From the human T2T-CHM13v2.0 reference genome, Homo sapiens: DNA of 64,000 nt. The notes beneath the pieces were generated by a model. That model made no database searches. It was not told where the DNA came from and saw only the letters and a list, made by a program, of their open reading frames with translations. A program made the translations under genes and the position numbers. Location: NCBI RefSeq assembly GCF_009914755.1, contig NC_060926.1. One strand, 5' to 3'. Each line of letters begins with the position of its first letter. Position 1 is the stretch's first letter. Below are positions 25,939 through 40,699 of this stretch, in pieces.

Positions 25939-28900
25939 ATTATCTGTGGCATAAAATTAGCTCCTCTATAAATATTTGTTGAATAAATGAAGGTGTAGGA
26001 AAAGCAAGTTACATTTATAGAGCTCCTGTTACATTCCAGATTCCATGTTAAGCACCTGATCATAATCTTACTTAAGCCTCTCAACCAAGTGGTCATACAA
26101 ATATAACTATTCCTTCAAGATCACACAGAAGAGACTGGGTCTGCATCTGAAATTACATCTAATCCTATGAAGTCATTTTCTTTTAGGCAGTTTTTGACTT
26201 TTTTTTTTCCTTCCCACATATAATCAGAGGAAAAACAGAGTTGGTGCCTTCAGCCCATAGTAACATTTCCAGATCATTAAATCATAAACATTCCTTAGTT
26301 TCTTGTTACTTGGGGTTCAAACTCATCGGATAATAGATGGCAATAAGGATATGGAGAAGCAATAAGGAATTATGGTCTCTCCAAAACAATGGTATCAAAT
26401 TTCTTCACCTTTCTAATATTCTGCTAACCTTCATCTTTACTTCCCATTATGAAATAGCACTTCACTTCCAAATCCAGTGATGTGCTCCTTATTCAAAAAC
26501 ATGAGGCTTCTATTTACCACCCTGTCCTAGCTGTTAGAATTACCGACTTCTCCACTATGCTTTCGAGGGCCACACACTCTTCACTCCTCTCTGCATGCCT
26601 GACACACAAGGGATCAGCTTTGGTTTCCCTCCACGCCTGCAGCTTCTACTTCCCACGTGGTGTGTCATAGTGCTTTGAACGTTAATTCAGACAGTAGTCT
26701 CATTAGCCACTGATTTCTCAACTTCTCTGTCTGTTTTGCTCCTGCTCTTCTTTTCTCTCTTTTGGCTACTACCAGTGCTTTCTCTAACCCTACAGGTGCT
26801 CCTCACCATCATTTACTTAAGAGTTGACAAAGACCAACAACATCCATGTGGCTTTCTGCAAATGCTCACACTGCATTCCACCCTTTAACTTTGCTTTTTG
26901 AGGGAGGGTGGAAAGGACAGTCCAGAAAGAACTGGCTCTGCCTCTGTCTAGCAGTAGGCCAGTAAGACCAGCAGATACATTATATAACCGTGTGCAACCT
27001 CAGTTTCTTCATCCTTAAAATGGGGTAACAGTAACTACATTTAAAGAGTCTGTTGTGAGGAATGAAGAAATGTCTGGCACCCTGAATACAATACGCTCTC
27101 ATTCTCTCCATCTTTTGTATTTGTAGTTATTTTAATGTTATAAATTTTAATCAATTTATTCCAAGTCTACTCCCGTGAATCCAAAGACATTCAAGATGGT
27201 AAGATGTTTTATTTTCATTGCTTCAGGAAAGACATGGGCTGGAGGAGAGGGGGAGGAAGTCCCTCAACCAAAAAAAAGGAGCAGTCTTCTTGGTGTTTAC
27301 AGAAGCTAAAACCCCTTCAAACAGGTACAAATAAGTAGGCAAAATGCTATGAGAGTGTAGCATACACCCTCCTACACCGTGTCTCCACTCCACTTCCAGG
27401 CAAGAAACGCAAGAGACTGATGGAGAGGAGCAGAGGAGAACAGAGCTCTGAGAGTCCCAGAGGCCATGCACTATGCTTCTGGAGAAAGAAGCACGACTCC
27501 ACAGAGTGAATGTCTGAGTCTATGTCACTACTAGGCAGACAGTACTGGAAAGAGCCTCGAGAGATTCCTGAGCCATGGTAGGCATAAAAGCGGAAGTGTG
27601 GCTTCTGTGAGTGTCACAGAAGGATCATAGAGCTGTAGGCAGACAGACAGAAGCAAGGGATCCATCAGCAATGGCCCATGAGGAATGGGGACCAGGAAAA
27701 TGGAAGACGGAGAATTTGAACTGCTTGAGATTTCTATCATCATATTGAAATGGGCCATGATACAGAAATTAAGTTATCAAAAAATTAAATTCTATGTGTA
27801 TCAGGGTTTCATGCCATCTGCACATTCATATTCTCAACTTTCTTTTTAATAGAAGGAGAGGTGTCTGTCTTTCAAAACTCAAAGTCCATGAGCACTCTAA
27901 GATCTTCCATTTTGCTTTTTTCTCATATTCAGTTTCCTTCCTAAAGTCTGTGATCCTACTCTTACTCCACAATTCGCCATTCATGTATTTGGCATCTTCA
28001 AAATACTCCTTTACCTGATAATACTTATTGACAAGAAAGTTTTCAATAATGTACTGTTTCTGGGTGACTTTTCACAAATCATTTCACCTTAGCTATGTTC
28101 CTCTTTCCTCATCTGGTTTTCTCTACAGCTTTGCTATTCCCATTCTCATTTTCTTGGATGAAAGTGCTCTCTAATAAAACCAATTCCCACCTTTGCCCTG
28201 CTTCATTCTCATGCTTGTTATGCTCTCTCCTACTTTTGACAACACTGACTGTAATGTTTGCTTAGATGTGATCCTTGCTTGGTTTCCAAATACTGTATTA
28301 CAATGACATCCTAATGACCTTTTCCCCAGTTAAATCTTCCCACTCATTCCATCCTGAAGGCCACCCAGTGAGAACCATATTCACTAAATCATTTTTTCCC
28401 ACTAGGTCCACTCCACAACAGATTTCTTCTAAATCCCTCCACTGCTAAAAGCTTAGACTCCCCAGGTTGTTTCTTTTCAGCAGTGATTTCCAATCTCACT
28501 GGATATTGTACACAGTCATTTTTATTCAGCTGTCTAACTTGCCAATGAATTCCCTTTCTCTGCAACTCTGGCCAGTAAGCCTGTAGAAACCCATGCCTCA
28601 AAGAACTGGTGGGCCATGAAGTGTCTTAAGACGAATTGAGTCTTCCCTACTCCTGGGATGTTACTTAAGCAGCAGTCACCATCCCACATAATTTAAAAAC
28701 AGCACAATGTATGTAATTACTTCCTCTCAGACTGGGGAGACTCTATGGAACTAAACTTTCCTCTCTCCAAGTTCATTATTAAGTCTTTCCATTTTCTGTA
28801 ATCAAGTTTCTTCTTGTCAAATGTGGTAATTGGGGCTGTAAATTCAAACTGACTAATCATTTGGATTTAACATTGTTTTCCTCCAAGAAACATGTAGGAA

Positions 28901-29149
28901 ATACATTCAAAACGCTTACTAGTTATCCTGAGAGCTGCCCCAGCAGTCCAGTCCACCTCCTCTAGTTAGAAATTTCCCCAAGGTCCAGTTTAAGAGACTC
29001 TTTGATGTTTGCAAGAATTGTTGTATTTCTACCTCTTGGATAGAAAGATGTATAATTCTTATTTCCTGCTTTACTCTGACAACCAGGGAGCTTAAAACCA
29101 TGTTCTAAAGTGTTCAATCTCAGCAAGTATTACATGGAAATCACAGCTC

Positions 29150-29390
29150 TGAAAAATACAGTAATGTAACAGAATTAAAAAAAAAAACAAAACCCTCACT
29201 GGATGGGCTCAGTGGTAGAGAAAGGATTATACAGGATAGAATCAGTGATCTTGAGAGTAATAGAATTTATACAATGTGATCAACAGAAAGAAAACAGACT
29301 TTAAAAAAAGAAGAACCAAACTTCAGGGACCTATGGGATAAAAACAGAAGACCCAATATATGTATTATCAGAGTACCAGAGGGGACTCTC
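29150..29390 (+). mobile_element. L1M ORF1-region fragment
   Basis: ctcactggatgggctcag...cttcagggacctatgggataa...gagtaccagagggg matches degraded L1 ORF1. Confidence 0.65.
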
Positions 29391-30008
29391 ATTTTTACAG
29401 CTGCACGTGAATCTATAATTATTTAATAAATATTTCAATTTTAACAAAATGCGTGTCCATTGTAATAAAATCCAAATAATTGAGAAATACATGAAATAAG
29501 CACTCAAAGCTCTCACTCCTCACCCTACCTGATCCCATTCCTCAAGTGTAACCGCTGCCAACTACTGTTTGGCGAGTAGGCTTCCAGACCTATTTCTATG
29601 CATATGCAAACATATAGATTTGTATAAGCATATTTTTACAATACCTTCCTCATTTTATAAACGAGATCAACGTCAGTCATGTAAATTGCATTTTCACCAA
29701 ATATATAACAGAACATCTATCTACATCAGCACATATAGATATCTCATTTTAAAATAGTTCTAATACATTTCACAGTTTTTATATAAAGTAATTATCCTAC
29801 TAATGGACATTTAAATTGTTTCCAATTTTTTGATGTTTCAAACAATACTAAAAGTGACATCTAGCTCTTTCTGTAACATTCAGACTTCTCTTTTCTGGAG
29901 TTTCTGTTTTTCCTGTTATCTAATAAATATAGCCATTCCAAATCTCTTAGCGAGGCCTCTTTTTTCCATTCCTATTGTGTTGATCCTCCTCTGGAACTAA
30001 TCCATTTT

Positions 30009-30382
30009 CTTTCTTCTTTTTTTTCAGCAAAACAAGGTGCTTTGTTTTTCAAATTTTAAGTTCAGGGGTACGTGTGCAGGATGTACAGGTTTGTCACATA
30101 GGTTAACGTGTTGCCATGGTGTTCTGCTACACAGATCATCCCATCACCTAGGTATTAATCCCGGCATCCATTAGCTATTCTACCTGATGCTCTCCCTCCT
30201 CCCCCACCAACCCTCTGACAGGCCCCAGTGTGTGTTGTTTCCCCCCGTGTCCATGTGTTCTCATTGTTCAGCTCTCACTTGTAAGTGAGAACATGCAATG
30301 TCTGGTTTTCTGTTCCTGCCTTAGTTTGCTGAGGAAAATGGCCTCCAGCTCCATCCATGTCTGTGCAAAGGACATGATCTCT
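30009..30382 (-). mobile_element. 5'-truncated L1PA 3'UTR insertion with TSD
   Basis: ttttaagttcaggggtacgtgtgcagg...tgagaacatgc...gcaaaggacatgatctc. 17-bp TSD with one mismatch, tggaactaa(t/c)ccatttt, at 29992-30008 and 30383-30399. Confidence 0.9.
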
Positions 30383-32192
30383 TGGAACTAACCCATTTTT
30401 AAAGTTTTACCTATTCATGTCTGTTACATTGTAAGTTCCTCGAGGGCAGAGGTCATGTTGTTGTTTAACCTCTGGTTCCCCTATCACATAGTCTAAAAAG
30501 TTAGTAAATTGAATTGACTCTAAATCTAGATCAAGTCTCTGTGGGTCTCATCTTTGTATTCCTTCCTCCTGTGTGTATTTTGCTATTTGTGTAATCAGAT
30601 GAATATAGAGAATCTTCACTTGATGTCAATGACAACTCATTTATAACACTTAAAAACTAAACTGCTGTCCCTAATCAATTTATCACCAACCTAGCCATTT
30701 CTTCTTTCATAAATAAAGATTTGTTTGCTCAACTCCATTTTTATAGTACAATGTTTTCACGTCATATCTTAACATCGCTGAGCTTACGACTCCCTCTGCC
30801 AATCCAGCTTCCAAAAGACTGTTACATTATCCTTTCCAACATGATTTTCCTTCGATATCTCTTAACTCTACACTAACTAGAAACCATTAAAGTGAAATTA
30901 AGCTGCCCTATCCAACTTGAAGTATTTCCATCATTCTCATCCTCTCCCTCTGTGCTGTTTGCAACCCCATGCTCCTTTGCCCACAATTCTTGTGTTTGAA
31001 ACACATTCTCTTTTCTTCTCTGCCACTCCTTGTCCACTACTTACTTTAAATTTGTTACTTGCAGTCATCCCTGAGAAATCCCATATCACTCTGATTTGCT
31101 CCTGCACTAACATTCATATACTACTGATGATTTCATGAATGTGTTCTTGTATATTATTTCATATTTATTTGTATGCTGTCTCTTTATAATTCGTCTGAAA
31201 GACCGACACATCAGAGAAACCCTCTGACTCCAGAAGTTGGCAGGTATTCAAAATACGGCTTTAGAATGAATGAATGAATGATAGCTGAATAGAGACATTT
31301 ATATTTTTAAAACTATAGTAGGATAGGTCTATGAAATGACATGAAGAACCATGTTTTTTTTTTTCTTAAATGGAGAATTAAACATGGTTTGGAATTATGA
31401 TATGCCGTTCATCAAAATGCATTTCAATTCTTAATAACAGGTTTTCATATTCAGTTGTGGACATTTTGTCATGTCTAGAAATGACAAGGTCTTCAATCAG
31501 ATGGGAAAGAATCTTAATTTGAGAAGAAAAACCCATTCCGAAACTTGTTTCTGATTTTAAAAATGTTAAAATAGAAATGGACAAAGTCATTAATAAGAAA
31601 TCCCTCCAACGTAAAGAAAAATGCTGACATTCTGTTTATGTTTTATGTCTTGTTTCTAGACCCATATGAGACTGCTGTGTTTTTTTGGCTGACACAGAGA
31701 TCTCATAGAAGAGACAGTCTCCCTTACTCAGCAGCAACTGCTAAGTATACCAGATTGTCATGGCAAATGATTGTGGACAAGGGTGAACACAATATGGAAT
31801 GTCTGTTCTATAAAGACCTGCTCAGAATGACATGTTCTTGTTGCTACATATGTTGTATTTTTTTTCATTTTATAAACAGAATTAATTACATGTCTCCTCT
31901 CTTCTGTATTCTTACAAATGGGATAAATCTCTATTACTCTACTGAGTCCCTTTCATGATATCAAAAAGAAAAAGTTCAGCCCCAAACCTTGTTACCCCAG
32001 TTTTTTTGTGGCTCCTTATTTCAGGTTATTAAGAACTAATCACATTAGGTTCTGAAGGTAGACTAAATACTTACATGGAAAAGAATAAGGAATTCTGAAT
32101 ATTCTAATAACATCACGTGCTATAAATTAACTACACTGCTCGAGAAAAGGTTCTCCAGAATGAGAAGCCTCATGAAACAAAGTCTTAATTAA

Positions 32193-32587
<395 letters not shown>

Positions 32588-32594
32588 TAGCAGA

Positions 32595-32890
32595 GGCTGA
32601 GTGCGGCGGCTCATGCCTGTAATCCCAGTACTTTGGCAGGCTGAGGCAGGTGGATTACTTGAGGTCACGAGTTCGAGAGCAGCCTGGCCAACATGGTGAA
32701 ACGCCCTCACCTCTAAAAATATAAAAATTAGCTGGGCATGGTATTATGCTCCTGTAATCCTAGCTACTCAGGAGGCTGACACAGGAGAACCTCCGTGTGG
32801 TGGAGGTTGCAGCGAGCTGAGATCATGCTATCGCACTCCAGCCTGTGGGGCTGAGCAAGACTCTGTCTCAAAAAAAAAAAAAAAAAAAAA
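32595..32890 (+). mobile_element. Alu (AluS-type) with small internal deletion
   Basis: ggctgagtgcggcggctcatgcctgtaatcc...ctctgtctc plus poly-A, flanked by aagaatagata. Confidence 0.95.
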
Positions 32891-33444
32891 GAATAGATAA
32901 TAATAGATAATAGAGAATAACCAATTACTTTAGATAGTGTATTTAGTGAGAGATCATTTTAACAAAATTGGCTTGCTTTAGAGATGTATATAAACCAACA
33001 GGTAGAAAAGAAGCTATTCAAAACCAATAATAAATTCACATATGACAATTTTAAATGTATATTTTTAAATCAGAATAATTGAAGTAAAATAGTTTACATG
33101 AACAATAAAGCTTAGTTGAAAGAGGGTTCAAATCCTAGTTCTCATATTTAGTATCTGTACTTGAGGGCAAACTACCAAATCAGTCTGAGACTTAATTTCC
33201 TCATCTGTAGCAATCTAATAACATTCACTTCAAGGAACAGTTGAGGGGATTAAGTGAAATGATGTATGTGAAACAATTTGCAGTGCCAGGCAAACAGTAA
33301 ATATACAATAAAGAAAGGCTGTTATTATTATTATCATAATTGTTATTTTATTCTTCATTTACTGAATTGGAAATTTAAGAATCTTCTAGTGAGTTTTATA
33401 GCCACGATAACTGGTTAAAAAGTAAAGTTTGCTATACTTTATAA

Positions 33445-33788
<344 letters not shown>

Positions 33789-34523
33789 GAGGTTTTAATG
33801 TTTACCTTGAATTATACATACTGGCATCTAAAGTATCAAGAGTTACATATGCAAATTACGTAGTGAACACTCAGTAAATCGCCATTTTTATTTATAACAC
33901 AGTTACAAATATCATTTAAAGTAAAACTTTTATTTGTGTAAAAACATACATATGTCCATAACTGAATTTTTCTTCTCAGGATTGCACCTCTAATCTTGTC
34001 AAATGCCACCATTAATCCAGCCACCAAGCCATGATTAACGCAGTCACCCTCATATTAATCATCAATACTTGACCCAAATGTTAATTACCACCAAATATGT
34101 CTTTCTTTTCCTGATAAGGATGTTCATTATTCCTTCTCATGATATTTATAACATTGTACCAAGTCACCTTCATAGAAAAGTGACAACTGAAATTGGGGGA
34201 GTAAACTGTTATTTTCCCCTTCTCTTAGGACTTACCTCGAAGCAACAAAAACTAGAAATAGAAGTACAAACATCATCTTTCAGAACACTAAGATATCAAA
34301 AACCCTAAATCACACAAGAGGTGAAAAAGCTGCCAAAGATAATGAAGAACAAATAGATGTGCAGGTGGAAGTGGAGAGATGATACCCTTAGATTTTCAGA
34401 GAAGGTCAGCAGATGGTTCTCTAAGGGGAAGGGTACTCCTTGAGTGCAAGACCAAAAATCCTTCCTTAGCAGAGAATCAACAGGGATTGCAGGTTGCTGG
34501 TGCTAAGAGTTTCCCTGTGCCTG

Positions 34524-35351
34524 TGATATGGACAGGAGGCAGGGAAATACTGGGTAGAATAGGATGGTGTCCCTGTCAAGGGCTCCACCCTCAAGCCTGG
34601 ACCTGTGGCCCAAAGTAAGAACTACCCCTGTTTTCCCACCTGAATGTTGCCTTTTGGCTCACCCTGCTCCCTATCCTGTGCCCCTAAGAACCCCAGACCC
34701 TAAACTCAGTGGACACACACACACAGAAGGGAGAAGTGTCTGAACATCGAGAGGAGAAGCAGCAGCTGGACGTTGGAGACTATGGTCAGAGAGGAGTTTG
34801 GCTGGGGATGGCTGAGCTCCAGGGAGAGATTACCTTCCTTTTCCACCCACTTTCCAGCTCCCCTTCCCACTGAGAGCCACTTCCACAACTCAATAAAGTC
34901 CTCCACATTTACCACTCTTTAATTCATTCAGGTTACCTGATTCTTCCTGGACGCTGGACAAGAACTTGGGTACCAAGAGGGCAGGGTGTAAAAGGCTGTC
35001 ACCCTGACTCTCTATTGAGCTGGTTAACCTTAGCCATCTGCAGATGGCAAATGCTAAAAGAGCACTGATTGTAACACATGCCCTCTGGTGCTCTGGGGGT
35101 CACAGACACCTCCTCCTGGACAGCAGAGCTAAAAGAGCATTGTAACATGCTTGGATGCTGCCATGGGGCCTGAACAGAGCCTGACTCCCCAAGAAAGAAG
35201 CAACCGGCTGGTTCCAGTGTTCATTCACTCCAGTTCCCACACCCCCTGGCTTGTGTGCTCCCTCCCATAAGGGACTGAGCACAGCGGCTGAGTAAATGAG
35301 CCAGCCCTGTTGCAAGTCCCACAAAAGGGTCAAGGGAACTCTCCCATTTTA
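34524..35351 (+). mobile_element. Solo ERV1-class LTR (MER50-like)
   Basis: Starts tgatatggacaggaggcagggaaatactgggtagaa, has internal AATAAA at about 34892, ends ggtcaagggaactctcccatttta. 4-bp TSD cctg at 34520-34523 and 35352-35355. Confidence 0.85.
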
Positions 35352-38300
35352 CCTGTTTCAGTCTTGAGGAACAGAGCATGAAGTACTAAGGAAATAATCA
35401 GAAAGATAAGCCATTTTTTGCAAGAAGTAATAATCATGTTTTCCAGGAGCATTACACAAGTACATTGGCTGGTACAAGAAATAATTTTCTTTTGACTATG
35501 CAGTTCATTCATGTTCATGGAATAAAGTGGCACTGGAAGTTGAATTTCCCATATAAATCTTAAAATAAAAGTAATCTTTTAAAAGGTTTTAGAAACCAGA
35601 AGGGTTTAACTCAAATTTCATGACAATATATTTTCTTTTTTAAAAATGGAAACTGTACCATGCTTTCTAAATGAGAAACTTTATTCCAAGATTCAGTATC
35701 ATGTGTATATTATATTAATTTACAATGCTATTTTCTTTAGCGAAATGCTCACATATAGAGAGCAGTATGTATTTAAGGAGCAGAACTAAGAAATTAATTG
35801 TTCATTTTTTAAGCATAGAGTTTCTTCAGTATTTATTCTACTTTTCCTTTATATCTTCATAGTTTTAATATTTTTAAAAAGTTATTTAAACTTAAAAGCT
35901 AGTGCATAGGTTAGTACATTTTAGATTTGGGAAGTATTTAAATGAGGTACAATTTTAACCATTTAAATTAAAGAAATTAGTAGTTTAATATCTTTGTTGC
36001 ATTTATAGTACCAGTAAGTATTAAATGCCTCATATTGAGTGTTTTCATCTGCTAATTGGGTTCTCAGTAATAAATCCACACCAACTAGAGGTTTTAAGGG
36101 GTCTCCTCTTTACTTGAGTATCAATTACCTTTAGGAAGGATGCCAGGCAGACCAATTTTATATTCAAAACAATCTCTAACAAAACATTATGGTATAGCTC
36201 AAGGGTCCATTTAATTGGAATTATTTTTTACAGTGTATTATTTAAAATGTAAAAATTCAGGACAACACAAAAATCTCTTACCTCGTCAGAATTTTTGGCC
36301 TCAAAAAAATATATTCTTACCTGAAGTCAGGAATTCATTCGATGGAGGAGAGCTGAGCACCTCATGTGCCAGACAGGCTTTGTACAAGATATTGGAATAC
36401 GTTCATAATTAATGAGAACAGGAGACGCTCCCCTCAAGGAATCTAAATTCTAATCAAGGAGAGAGGCTGCTCCCCTCTTCCACCACCTTCTATGATGTTA
36501 GAGCTAAGGAAAGTCAATTGTTCACCAAATCACATCTATTACTATTTACAGTGTCTGAAATTCTTTCAGTCTGGAGCCTTTTCTAGGTATAAGTAGTACC
36601 ATCTTAGCAAGGTACTTAGTTCAAAGCAGGTTCATCCTAAATATTATTTGATGGATAGATGGTTAGATGGATAGGTGAAAATTCCCTTTTTGGGTTTCAT
36701 TTTGGAAAAGCAGGACCTCTTTCAAAATGCATAAACCCTTGGGGACATAACACATTAAGATATTAGCAAAAATTTACACATTACTGTGCTTTAATCTAAA
36801 AATATACACATGTATGTGTGTATCTCCTATTCTTTTGGGACTAATTAACAGACCACTAAGAGAATGTAAGTTCAGATGGTTAAAGGAAGATCAGGAGGGG
36901 AAAATTTTGCAAAGCGATGAGTGTATATGGAGGGTAAGAATTGTGTGAAATATCAAACAAAAGGAAGTTTTGGGCACCTGGACTAGAGGTAAAGGGCTCA
37001 CACCAAAAAGAGGGTAAATAATAAATAAAAGTGCAACTGGGCAGTGCCTGCTATGGAAAAACTTCCTCCATTTCACATTTGCTGAAGGCTGGTTCTTAAA
37101 ATGAGGATTAGGTCTGCAACAGGTTACACATTTAAAATGGCCTCCAGTTGTGAGTCCTGGGCTCTGGCACAAGAGATGAGAGCTCTTTCTATGACCTCAA
37201 GTAGGGGCTAGGGATATCAAGGTGCCACCAACTTCACTGCAGCCCAAGTGTAGCCCCAAACACCAGGGATCATGTACACCAGACTATTCATCTCGATTTT
37301 AGAGTTGCAAATGGAAACATAAAGACAAACACTATTTCCATTTCTAGCTGAGTCTTTCTAGACTCCGTGAATACAGGTTCACATTCAGATTAAATCACTA
37401 TTCTCCTTTGCAACATATGTGGCTCAGGAACTGGGAAGTAACATGTCTAATGGAATCCCTCTTTCAATTATCCTCACTTCCTCAGTGAAGCGTTGCCTGA
37501 CTTTTCCAGGCAGAATTAGTTCTTCCTCTTCTGGGTTTTCACTTATTATGTTGTACTGCAATGACTGGGGAGTTCTCTGAGGCAGAAGTCTCAAAAGAAG
37601 TTATATCAATACATGTGTAGAAGGATAATATTTGAAGTATTAATTTGTTTAATGTGCTTCCTCTCTTGGTATTTCCTACTTTGCACATCCATTCCTCCCT
37701 TGCTTCCCAGCAATAAGGGCAAGGATATTGTATAGTCTCTGCGCTTAAGGTAGGGTTATTAAACAGAAATGCAATGAGAAGACAAACAATTATTTATTTC
37801 TACTTTAAAATCCTGAGGCTGAGTTCTAAACAACAGTTTTGAAGAGTAATACCAAATAGGTTTTTTCTCAACACTCTTCCTAACCCTCCCAACTTCCCGC
37901 AACCCCAAAAAACACAAAAAATCTGTGGGCTGGGAAAGGTGAGTTGGAGAGGTTATCGATACTCTTGATTGGACACCCAAGGCTGAAAACTGGGAAAAAC
38001 AGGGTGGCGGAGAATCAGTTTGATGGAAGAGTGACCATGGCTTGTATCTTTTCCTCTAGAACCCAAGGAGGTAGCAGCTTTGCAGGCACTCCTGTGGCCA
38101 CCAAGGCATGGGAACAATTGAGGAACATAAATAGCCTGGGTCAGGGAGTACTAAAAGCAAGCTTGCTGTTTTCTCAGGTCTATGGAAACAGGAGAGGAAC
38201 CACATTTTCCAAGCCCTTGGGTGAGATAAAGGAGTTACCTGATAGAGCCAGCATGACATAGGTGGTGCTGCGTCATGCTGAGGAGTCCCTGCAGTGCACA

Positions 38301-39659
38301 CTGGCATGAATCATGCAACCTGTGGGCAGATGGGAACTTACAAGAAGACACCAACACTATGAGGTGATCACCAAGAATCAGGCAGGGCAATATTCTTTTT
38401 AGAGGATACCAATGTGGCCATATGCCATTTGAGACCAAGACATCTTCCTTGATGCTCCTAAGCATTCTTAGAACTTAAGTTGAGTTAAAGAAACACAGAT
38501 TAATAATAGCAGCAAATATGTATACAGGATAGCTCTGATATGAATCAGGAACTGCTCTAAGACCAGTGGTTAGATTAAATCATTTCATCTTTACAACAAC
38601 TCTACGAGGTAGATATCATTCTTCTACTTAATTTATAGAAGAAGAAACTAAAGCTTAGTGAGGGTGAGCAACTTGCCTACACTGATTGCTTAAGGTGTTC
38701 AGTGGTAAAGGACGGAACTGGGATTCAAACTGGGCAGTCTAGCTGCACAGAATGTGCTCAAACACTACAATCTGGCATATATGGGCACTGGGGAGGCCAA
38801 CCTCCTTACCCCTTGTAAATATGTGTTGTGAACAACTGAATGAGTGAATGGTTATGGCTTGGGTTCCTTGTATTTGGTACTATAGTTGAAATTCATTTAC
38901 CATGGTTCTTATGCTAAATTAAAAATATTAATTCTTTCATCTTTCAGATGCCCTTTTAGGGTCACAGTACTTGAACATGTTTTGAAATAAATGACTTGTA
39001 TATAAAATATCTTAGGGAATGAGTGTGGCTTGCTTTTGCTATAATTTAACTTAAGACATTCCTACTGATTCACCTCTCCCCAGCCCAAATCTGATTTTGA
39101 GATATTCTGTTTTATTTTTCTTTACCTCTTATTTACATCATTTACTATAATTATCTTAGTCAACCTTGGTGTTTTTAATCCTTACATATCTAAATCCACA
39201 TACTTAAGACTTTCTAGTTCCGACTCTATCTCCTATATTATATAAAAATTTTAATGTAATATAATTTAATATAATTTTTTAAATGTAATAAATCCATTCA
39301 TAGAACTGAGTGGTGATAATCATAAAGCTAAAATACTAAAAAATTTGATTATATAAAGCTTTGTTTTATTTAACTCCCAAAGAAGTATGGTCAAGATAAA
39401 CAGATACTCAAGGAAGCAGGTTTACGTAAGACAGAAAGGGACATACAGGGTAAGTCCCCTTCCCAAAACATCCATCTCCTCCAATCACCAGCCCTCAAAT
39501 GTCATGGCAGAGAAAGCATGAGTGGTCCTTAAAGAATGAGGATGATTAGGCAGACATGGAGGAGGGACGGCATTGCAGGTAAGGAGCAGAACGTGAATAA
39601 ACGCACTGAGCTGGGGAAGAAAAAGGTAAACATACCCTCATACTTCCTGGCTGGAGATA

Positions 39660-39722
39660 CCCACACATATACATGCATATATACATATATATACACACAC
39701 ATACACACACGTACACATATAT
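39660..39722. repeat. (TA)/(CA) compound microsatellite
   Basis: cacacatatacatgcatatatacatatatatacacacacatacacacacgtacacatatat. Confidence 0.8.
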
Positions 39723-40180
39723 GAATATTTTTCAAGAATTCTTGAGATTTGACTAGAAGAGTGAGATGTGGCTATACTGCAGAGCAGGAGTTGCCAAGTG
39801 ATGGTCATGTTTCATAATCAGTAAAAGTTCAGTAGGGCTGCATGCCCCTCATGGAGTGGTGGTGCTCTCCAGTTTACCATAGTTCCCATCTAGCCCCCTT
39901 CTCTCACTACCAGCCTGGTTCCTGGAAGCCTGTGAATCTATTATCCCTGAATCGATTATCCTTATTCTCAACCCTGTGTGTTGCAAATCTTACAAAACTG
40001 TTAAAAATACCAATACACACTGGGTTTCATTTCAGACCAAATGAATCAGAATCTCTCAGTGTGGGGGGCTTGCACATGGGTATTTACTATGTGCAGCCAG
40101 GGTTATGCACCACTGTCCTATAAAGTCTTATCTGCTAGATTACGGTAATTCCTTAAAAAAAAAAAAATTCTCCTGCTGAC

Positions 40181-40349
40181 CAGTAGTTCTCAATCCTGGC
40201 TGCACAGTAGAGTTGTTCAGGATGTTTTTTAAAAAAGGATGCAAGAGCCTGCTCTCAGAAGTTCTAGTTTAATTGGTATAAGGTAGACAGACATTCTTAA
40301 TTTGGGAAAAATTCTACATATTAATGGGCAGCCAGGGTTGAGACCACTG
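40181..40349. mobile_element. MER5A-like hAT MITE
   Basis: Terminal inverted repeats cagtagttctcaa...ttgagaccactg. A second partial copy lies near 39980-40120. Confidence 0.7.
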
Positions 40350-40699
40350 ATAAAGAGAGTGAAGGCCACAGAAGGACTCTGAACAAAATGACATGAAGAA
40401 GGTAATGGGTTGGGATAGTTACCCTAGATATGAATTAGAGGGTGCCAAGGTCAGAGAAGAGAAAATTAGAAGGCTATTAAGTAGTTTAAGTTTGCACTGA
40501 GAAAGACTGGAACCAGGAGAATGGGGCATCAGTAGGATGGAAAGAAAAGAATGCATGGGAGAGATGTGAGGATGGCTGTTATTGCTACAGATTAATAAAA
40601 TTCTCCTGTAATTTCCTAATCTCACACTGGGCTGGTAGCTTCCTTAAGCACCTGACAGAGGCAACCACACATCCCCTCAGGAGAAATCCAGATACAATT

